A DNA stretch of 64,000 bases, taken from IMG/VR virus record IMGVR_UViG_3300023174_000061. One strand, written 5' to 3'. The first letter of the stretch is position 1. Every line of letters starts with the position of its first letter. The notes below the pieces were generated by a model. The model made no database searches. It was not told the origin of the DNA and worked only from the letters and a program-made list of their open reading frames with translations. The translations under genes were made by a program, and so were the position numbers. This stretch comes from a virus. Positions 58,468 through 64,000 of the stretch are shown here, one piece after another.

Positions 58468-58494
58468 AGGGAACTCTTCGGAGTTCCTTTTTTT
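58468..58494 (+). terminator. psbA terminator
   Basis: AGGGAACTC-TTCG-GAGTTCCTTTTTTT. Confidence 0.88.
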
Positions 58495-58510
58495 GTATAT
58501 AAATACTGAT

Positions 58511-58561
58511 ACCTGTGATGGTTCGCATCTATCAGGTGGAAAAGGTGCTCCGCACCTTTTC
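58511..58561 (+). ncRNA. Candidate antisense sRNA C
   Basis: TATAAATA promoter; ACCTG/CAGGT stem; AAAAGGTGC/GCACCTTTT terminator; 15 nt exactly complementary to 58577-58591. Confidence 0.62.
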
Positions 58562-58598
58562 TTGTATAAATAGTATTGCGAACCATCACAGAGTAGAA

Positions 58599-58997
58599 AT
58601 GTATTACACCTACGCATATTTGCGGGAAGACAAAACACCTTACTATATTGGTAAAGGTAAAGGAAATAGAATATTTAATAAAAATAAAGGTGATATAAGA
58701 CCACCAAAAGATAAGTCAAGAATAATCTTCCTTAAAAAGAACTTAACCGAAGCAGAAGCATTTAGACACGAAATCTATATGATTACTGTGTTTGGTAGAA
58801 AAGATTTAGAAACTGGTATATTAAGAAACAGAACCGATGGTGGTGAAGGTGCTTCTGGGCTTGTGATAAGTGAAGAAACAAGAAAAAAATTAAGTGAATT
58901 GAGAGTTGGTGAAAAAAATCCTAACTATGGGAAAGAAATGAGTGAAGAACAAAAACAAAAGAAACTTCAAGAATACATAAAGAAAAAGGAGAATTAA
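58599..58997 (+). mobile_element. GIY-YIG-like homing endonuclease with NUMOD3-type motif (short)
   Basis: YYTYAYLREDKTPYYIGKG...FGRKD..TGILRNRTDGGEG; paralogue of 54955. Confidence 0.8.
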
Positions 58998-59000
58998 AAG

Positions 59001-59663
59001 TTGGCGATTTTTTACAACCCCCGCACGATTACTGACGGACTCGTATTAGCACTTGATGCTGCGAACAGAAAGTCTTATCCTGGGTCTGGAACCACTTGGA
59101 CTGATTTGAGTGGTAGAGGTAATACAGGAACACTGACAAATGGACCGACTTATAGTAGTACAAATGGTGGGTCTATTGTTTTTGATGGGGTTGATGATTA
59201 TATTGATTTAAATACTAACAATATAATAACAGGAACAAATCCATTTACATTTGAGGCATTTTATACAATAACCAATACTTCAGTAAATGCAGAAATATTT
59301 GGTAATTATGGTCCTGGATATTCATTAAATACTATCTGGATTTCTGGTAGGTTTGGTGTATTTATTAATGGTTCAGTTCCATATTTTCAAGATCATCCAT
59401 TAGGTGCTGGCACTTATCATATGGCATTCACAAGAACTTCTACTGGAGATTGTATCTTATATAAGAATGGCATAGTAGATGGAACTGCAACAAGTACTAC
59501 TAGTATTCCAGTAGGACAGAATTTTAGAATTGGTTCTGATGTATATCAAATTGCTGAACAATTTGGAGGAAATCTTTATAATCTAAAAGTTTACAATAGA
59601 GTGCTCACCGCAGCAGAAATCTCACAAAACTTTAATGCTCTCCGTTCAAGGTTCTCAATATAA
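59001..59663 (+). CDS. LamG/concanavalin A-like lectin domain protein 1
   Basis: GLVLALDAAN.KSYPGSGTTWTDLSG...FDGVDDY...YNR.L...EI.QNFNA. Confidence 0.8.
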   Translation: MAIFYNPRTITDGLVLALDAANRKSYPGSGTTWTDLSGRGNTGTLTNGPTYSSTNGGSIVFDGVDDYIDLNTNNIITGTNPFTFEAFYTITNTSVNAEIFGNYGPGYSLNTIWISGRFGVFINGSVPYFQDHPLGAGTYHMAFTRTSTGDCILYKNGIVDGTATSTTSIPVGQNFRIGSDVYQIAEQFGGNLYNLKVYNRVLTAAEISQNFNALRSRFSI

Positions 59664-59680
59664 ATATCTAAAAAACGATT

Positions 59681-59941
59681 ATGTACTCTGATAGAAACTT
59701 TCTTATTTTTCCAGTCACCGAACTACCAAAAGTAGATTTCTCTCAGGTGTGTGAGACTTCTATTGATACTGTGCGTAAGAGTACAGATGAAACCAAGACC
59801 TTTGTGAAATGGGATGGTGAGGTTCCTGCATTTGTTGTAGATATTGTAGGTGCCGAAGGACCTTATACTTATGAGGAGATTTTGGAGATTTTGAGTGGTG
59901 AGGAATGGTCTGCTCCTATGCCTATGGAGGAAATTGTATAG
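59681..59941 (+). CDS. Small acidic hypothetical protein
   Basis: TATAAATA at 59659; VDFSQV.ETS..TVRKS.D.TKTFVKW. Confidence 0.7.
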   Translation: MYSDRNFLIFPVTELPKVDFSQVCETSIDTVRKSTDETKTFVKWDGEVPAFVVDIVGAEGPYTYEEILEILSGEEWSAPMPMEEIV

Positions 59942-60642
59942 TGGGATTAGCACACTCACCTTCAATAGTAATGAATGGACTTGTACTAGCACTGGATGCT
60001 GGGAATGTAAAAAGTTATCCTGGAAGTGGAACCACCTGGACTGATTTGAGTGGTAGAGGTAATACAGGAACACTGACAAATGGACCGACTTATAGTAGTA
60101 CAAATGGTGGGTCTATTGTTTTTGATGGGGTTGATGATTATGGAACTATAGAAGCAAATTCAAGTTTCCAACTTGGGAATGGATATACATTATGTGCTTG
60201 GGTAAAGGCTAATAATAATCCAGGAAATTATGCAGGAATATGTGGAACATTTGATGCAATTCCTTCTGCATATTTTGGGTCTAATTTTTCAATACAACCA
60301 AATACTCAAACATTTTATTTTTTAGTTGGAGGTTCATCTACTTATTATATACCAGCATTAACAACATATACAATAGGTCAATGGTATTATCTAATTGGTA
60401 CTATTTCTGGAGCAGAGTGTAAATTTTATATAAATGGAACTTTGAACACTACTTACACTCAACCATCTGCTTCAAGTGCTCCTGGACCAACAACAAAATT
60501 TAAAATGGGTAGATATTATCAAGATCTTGATGAGTTTTATTTTAATGGTAATATAGCAACTTGTAAGTTTTACAACAGAGCACTCTCCGCAGCAGAAATC
60601 TCACAAAACTTTAATGCTCTCCGTGGTCGTTATGGAATTTAA
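59941..60642 (+). CDS. LamG/concanavalin A-like lectin domain protein 2 (GTG start)
   Basis: Same conserved N/C blocks as copy 1. Confidence 0.8.
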   Translation: MGLAHSPSIVMNGLVLALDAGNVKSYPGSGTTWTDLSGRGNTGTLTNGPTYSSTNGGSIVFDGVDDYGTIEANSSFQLGNGYTLCAWVKANNNPGNYAGICGTFDAIPSAYFGSNFSIQPNTQTFYFLVGGSSTYYIPALTTYTIGQWYYLIGTISGAECKFYINGTLNTTYTQPSASSAPGPTTKFKMGRYYQDLDEFYFNGNIATCKFYNRALSAAEISQNFNALRGRYGI

Positions 60643-60656
60643 CAGAGGAAACTAAA

Positions 60657-61364
60657 ATGGGAGTATACGCAGGACCAGAAATATCAAGTGATGGATTAGT
60701 CCTTTCACTGGATGCTGGGAATGTAAAAAGTTATCCTGGAAGTGGAACCACCTGGACTGATTTGAGTGGTAGAGGTAATACAGGAACACTGACAAATGGA
60801 CCGACTTATAGTAGTACAAATGGTGGGTCTATTGTTTTTGATGGGGTTGATGATTATACATCAATATCAAACAATAGTTTATTATCTTTCGGCACAAATT
60901 CGTTTACTATTAATTTATGGATAACAAGAACAACTACAAATTCATTCAATCCAATTATAACAACATATAATAATTATAGTGGTGGATATTCTACATATTT
61001 TTATGCAGGAATATATAGTGCTTCTAATGTTTATGATACTGGATTTACTATCTTAACATCAGGTGGAAGTCATATTACAACTCTTTCAGCAATACCAATA
61101 ACAAATAATGAATGGATTAATGTTTCCGTAACAAGAAGTGGGGATAATATTACTCTCTATAGAAATGGAAGTTTTTATTCAACTGCATCTTCATCTGGTA
61201 ATGATTGGTCTGGTACTGGAAGACCAACTTTGATAGGGGGTGGAGTTGCCGGTACAACTCCATTAAATGGAAACATATCACAAGTATCAGCATACAACAG
61301 AGCACTCTCAGCAACAGAAATCCAACAAAACTTTAATGCTCTTAGGGCAAGATTTGGCATCTAA
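60657..61364 (+). CDS. LamG/concanavalin A-like lectin domain protein 3
   Basis: Same conserved N/C blocks; GAGG RBS. Confidence 0.8.
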   Translation: MGVYAGPEISSDGLVLSLDAGNVKSYPGSGTTWTDLSGRGNTGTLTNGPTYSSTNGGSIVFDGVDDYTSISNNSLLSFGTNSFTINLWITRTTTNSFNPIITTYNNYSGGYSTYFYAGIYSASNVYDTGFTILTSGGSHITTLSAIPITNNEWINVSVTRSGDNITLYRNGSFYSTASSSGNDWSGTGRPTLIGGGVAGTTPLNGNISQVSAYNRALSATEIQQNFNALRARFGI

Positions 61365-61387
61365 ATAATCATAAGTCGCAGGTACTT

Positions 61388-61759
61388 ATGGTTCCTCTAC
61401 ATTCGTTTAAGGACTATCTGTTTAATTTAGAAACGACCAGTAAAGCAGAAGCAAAACGAATGTGGAGGCAGAATATAAAAGAACAATGGGAACATAAGTG
61501 TGCCTATTGTAATTCAGAAGACAATATCACACTGGATCATATTATTCCCCAATGTAAAGGTGGACTAGATATTAAAACGAATGTAGTTGCTTGTTGTCAT
61601 TCTTGCAATCAATCCAAGGGGCATACTCCTTGGGAGATTTGGTATTACCAACAAGAATTCTTTACAGAAACAAAAAGAAATGCTATAGTAAAATGGATGA
61701 AACCAGAAGAAAATTCAAATCTATATAAGTATAGACCAAGAAGAAATAATGCATCTTAA
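61388..61759 (+). CDS. HNH endonuclease
   Basis: CAYC...TLDHIIP..KGG.....NVVACCHSCNQSKG. Confidence 0.88.
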   Translation: MVPLHSFKDYLFNLETTSKAEAKRMWRQNIKEQWEHKCAYCNSEDNITLDHIIPQCKGGLDIKTNVVACCHSCNQSKGHTPWEIWYYQQEFFTETKRNAIVKWMKPEENSNLYKYRPRRNNAS

Positions 61760-61856
61760 AATTTATGGATGATGGTAGTATCTACCCCATTGCAGCAAAT
61801 GTAATGGGGACTTTAATTTCATTTTTAATAATTTTTATACCCTTATTAATAATTTT

Positions 61857-62105
61857 ATGAATTTTACAGTTTATTCAAAAAAAGGTTGTCCTTATTGTGA
61901 CAAGATTAAAATGGTTCTGGGTGATTTGAGTGTCAAAAAAGGATACCCAGTTATTTGTTATGAACTTGGAACTGAATTCACAAGAGAACAGTTCTATGCT
62001 GAATTTGGTGAAGGTTCTACATTTCCACAAGTTGTTTTTGATAAAAAAAATATTGGTGGATGTAGTGATACCGTGAAGTACTTACAAGAGAACAATATGT
62101 TTTAA
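61857..62105 (+). CDS. nrdC: Glutaredoxin
   Basis: CPYC, TFPQV, IGGC. Confidence 0.92.
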   Translation: MNFTVYSKKGCPYCDKIKMVLGDLSVKKGYPVICYELGTEFTREQFYAEFGEGSTFPQVVFDKKNIGGCSDTVKYLQENNMF

Positions 62106-62290
62106 TGAGTACTATAAATAATTCTGGAAGAACAGACATCAATCGTGGTGTTGAGTTACTACTTCGCAAAAAAGGAGGGACAAATCAACCAGAATTGGAT
62201 TTTAGACAGTTCAGTTTTGGAAAAATGTTTTCTCTTTTTAAACGAGAGATACATTTTAAAATTGAACTAAGAGTGGAAAAGAAAACGTAA
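62105..62290 (+). CDS. Hypothetical protein
   Basis: TAATG coupling; INRGVELLLR. Confidence 0.6.
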   Translation: MSTINNSGRTDINRGVELLLRKKGGTNQPELDFRQFSFGKMFSLFKREIHFKIELRVEKKT

Positions 62291-62307
62291 TCTCTTGGAG
62301 AAAAAAA

Positions 62308-62538
62308 ATGTTAGCATCAGAACTCACCATTTTTACTATATTAACTTTTTTATTTTTACTTGTGGGTGGAGTAATAGGTTGGCTAACGAAGTCTCACTTG
62401 TATGAAAATCAAGTTAGACAATTTTACACTCATCCAGAAATGTTTGATGAGAACGGTAATCTTATACCAGATGAAATTTTAGCAGTACGATTTGAAAATT
62501 ATGACGACGACAACGACGAAGAAGAAGACAGAGACTGA
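62308..62538 (+). CDS. Small membrane protein
   Basis: TM helix; HPEMFDENGNLIPDEILAVRFEN. Confidence 0.7.
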   Translation: MLASELTIFTILTFLFLLVGGVIGWLTKSHLYENQVRQFYTHPEMFDENGNLIPDEILAVRFENYDDDNDEEEDRD

Positions 62539-63079
62539 ACTAGAAATTCTGCCTACAAATCCATTTGTATTTGAAATTCTTGCTCTTGCTTCAAAGCAAA
62601 GAACAAAGGCAAAGAAAGTAGAAGTTCTTAAAACATACGAACACGATTCATTAAAAGCAATTTTTATTTGGAATTTTGATGAGACTGTACTGTCTGTTTT
62701 GCCAGAAGGTGATATTCCTTACGCAAATCTTAAAGAAGATTTTAAAGTAACTGGAAATCTTTCTGATAGAGTAAAACAGGAAGTTGAGACTATGGAGCAT
62801 CATTCCACTACCTCAATGGGTACAACTCAAGATAGAAGTGGTAAAACAACACTTCGTAGAGAATTTACAATGCTTTATAATTTTGTACGAGGAGGTAATG
62901 ATACTTTAACTTCTATTCGTAGAGAAATGATGTTTATTAATATGCTTGAGGGACTTCATCCTTTGGAAGCAGAAATTGTTTGTCTCGTAAAAGATAAAAA
63001 ACTTGAAAGTAAATATAAAATCAATAAGGACATTGTTTCAGAAGCATATTCTGATATTGTTTGGGGAAATAGAGGTTGA
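62501..63079 (+). CDS. Conserved T4-like hypothetical protein
   Basis: LPTNPFVFEIL...LPEGDIPY...RREMMFINMLEGLHP.EA. Confidence 0.75.
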   Translation: MTTTTTKKKTETELEILPTNPFVFEILALASKQRTKAKKVEVLKTYEHDSLKAIFIWNFDETVLSVLPEGDIPYANLKEDFKVTGNLSDRVKQEVETMEHHSTTSMGTTQDRSGKTTLRREFTMLYNFVRGGNDTLTSIRREMMFINMLEGLHPLEAEIVCLVKDKKLESKYKINKDIVSEAYSDIVWGNRG

Positions 63080-63354
63080 AAACTGGAGGAAAAGTATTGA
63101 ATATTATACATAAAGACTGCGATAAATCATTATCAAAAGATAAAAGTCTTCCTGTTAATTCTTATCTTGTGACGTATCTTGTAAAAGATATAGAAAAATA
63201 TGATATAGTACAAGCAGGTGGTAAGGTAGAAATTTTTGATAATTATTATGATGAATATGGAAAAGGAGCATTAAAAGAAATTAAATGGACTGACGGAAAA
63301 GTAAGTCCAAAAGTTTATGGATATGTTCCAAAAGAAACAAAACGAAGAAAATAG
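63076..63354 (+). CDS. Conserved cyanophage hypothetical protein
   Basis: IIHKDCD...LP.NSYLV.Y...YDIV...IFD.YYD. Confidence 0.7.
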   Translation: MKTGGKVLNIIHKDCDKSLSKDKSLPVNSYLVTYLVKDIEKYDIVQAGGKVEIFDNYYDEYGKGALKEIKWTDGKVSPKVYGYVPKETKRRK

Positions 63355-63367
63355 TATCAAATGTTAC
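63354..63367 (+). promoter_or_regulatory. NtcA-binding site
   Basis: GTA-TCAAATGT-TAC (GTA-N8-TAC) just upstream of the riboswitch. Confidence 0.65.
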
Positions 63368-63390
63368 AAAATTAGTTGTATATATATTTG

Positions 63391-63446
63391 ACGTTCATTT
63401 GCTATTTGCGAATAGCAAACGGAAGTAGGAATACCGAAGGAACGCA
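63391..63446 (+). ncRNA. Glutamine riboswitch (Downstream-peptide type)
   Basis: CGTTCA-hairpin(TTTGCTATT/AATAGCAAA)-CGGAAGTAGG..CCGAAGGAACGC. Confidence 0.85.
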
Positions 63447-63476
63447 CCAATACCCACAAAGTAAAGGAGCACTCCA

Positions 63477-63575
63477 ATGAAAACAAAAAACAACTGGCAA
63501 CTTATTTTAATCAAGCAACAAAAAGAAAAAGAACAACGCAAACATCAAGCAAAACTTGCAATGGCAATGCGATAA
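63477..63575 (+). CDS. 32-aa basic peptide downstream of the riboswitch
   Basis: AAGGAG RBS; MKTKNNWQLILIKQQKEKEQRKHQAKLAMAMR; followed by a terminator. Confidence 0.75.
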   Translation: MKTKNNWQLILIKQQKEKEQRKHQAKLAMAMR

Positions 63576-63639
63576 TACCAAGGGGGGAATTGACTTCTCC
63601 CCTTTTTTTGTGTAGAATAACTGAAGATAACTTTATAAT

Positions 63640-63795
63640 ATGGATAGAGAGAAAGTTAAATTGATTATAAGGAATATGGAACTGCTTTTGGATTCTTTGA
63701 AGGCAGAGATATATACAGACGTTCAAGCACATAAAGTAAAGAGTGATCAACGAATTATTGATTACGATGAAGTATTTGAGGATAATGATGACTAG
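63640..63795 (+). CDS. Small hypothetical protein (51 aa)
   Basis: MDREKVKLIIRNMELLLDSLKAEIY...DYDEVFED. Confidence 0.7.
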   Translation: MDREKVKLIIRNMELLLDSLKAEIYTDVQAHKVKSDQRIIDYDEVFEDNDD

Positions 63796-63952
63796 CAGAT
63801 CAAAACAATTGGTTAAACTACTTAAAAAATTAATCAAACAGGAACATTTGTATTCAGATAAACAACTGAAAGAAATGAAATCACAATTAAGAGTTGTGGA
63901 AAATGAACTTGTCGAATTGGAAAAACTTACATCAAAAGGATTTGGAAAATGA
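63788..63952 (+). CDS. Small hypothetical protein
   Basis: K.LKKLIKQEHLYS...KGFG. Confidence 0.65.
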   Translation: MTSRSKQLVKLLKKLIKQEHLYSDKQLKEMKSQLRVVENELVELEKLTSKGFGK

Positions 63953-64000
63953 AACCAGAAGTTAAATTTATTTCTGCAACACCAGATGCAGAGAAGCAAA
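63949..64000 (+). CDS. thyX: Start of FAD-dependent thymidylate synthase (truncated by window)
   Basis: MKPEVKFISATPDAEKQ resembles the cyanophage ThyX N-terminus; only 17 codons visible. Confidence 0.65.
   Translation, partial: MKPEVKFISATPDAEKQ

Larger units (their letters stand above)
59097..60857 (+). repeat. 105-nt identical direct repeat, 3 copies (59097-59201, 60037-60141, 60753-60857)
   Basis: TGGACTGATTTGAG...GATGATTAT is identical in all three LamG genes. Confidence 0.92.

Noticed and set aside
59001-61364. Diversity-generating retroelement or CRISPR array
   Set aside because: No reverse transcriptase, no adenine-specific TR/VR pair and no short regularly spaced repeats; the repeats are coding.
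1061-63999. Most minus-strand and nested alternate-frame ORFs in the track
   Set aside because: They are shadows of well-supported + strand genes and lack motifs or expression signals; only 56633-56936 was kept.

Overview
This is a 64-kb segment of a T4-like cyanomyovirus genome, AT-rich and almost entirely on the + strand. In order it holds: (1) the replication/recombination core (gp46, gp45, gp44, gp62, regA, hsp20, gp43, uvsX, gp41, mazG, gp61, nrdA, nrdB); (2) late genes for modular Glu-rich/basic proteins that resemble capsid-packaged internal proteins; (3) a lysozyme-like gene, a Som-type porin, dps, two tRNAs and a manA-type ncRNA split by an HNH gene; (4) an ~18-kb glycan island with gmd/fcl, many glycosyl- and methyltransferases, and an unusual NTP-transferase-RibB / kinase / HAD / transaldolase-like module; (5) hli genes, psbA with a 212-nt group I intron, three LamG-like paralogues, a glutamine riboswitch and the start of thyX. 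The most striking unexplained pattern is upstream of three GIY-YIG-type endonuclease genes, each of which carries the same cassette: late promoter, stem-loop small RNA, terminator, second late promoter. Each small RNA has a different 15-nt segment complementary to the 5' leader of its own endonuclease mRNA. All calls come from reading the sequence and translations; no searches or folding programs were run.
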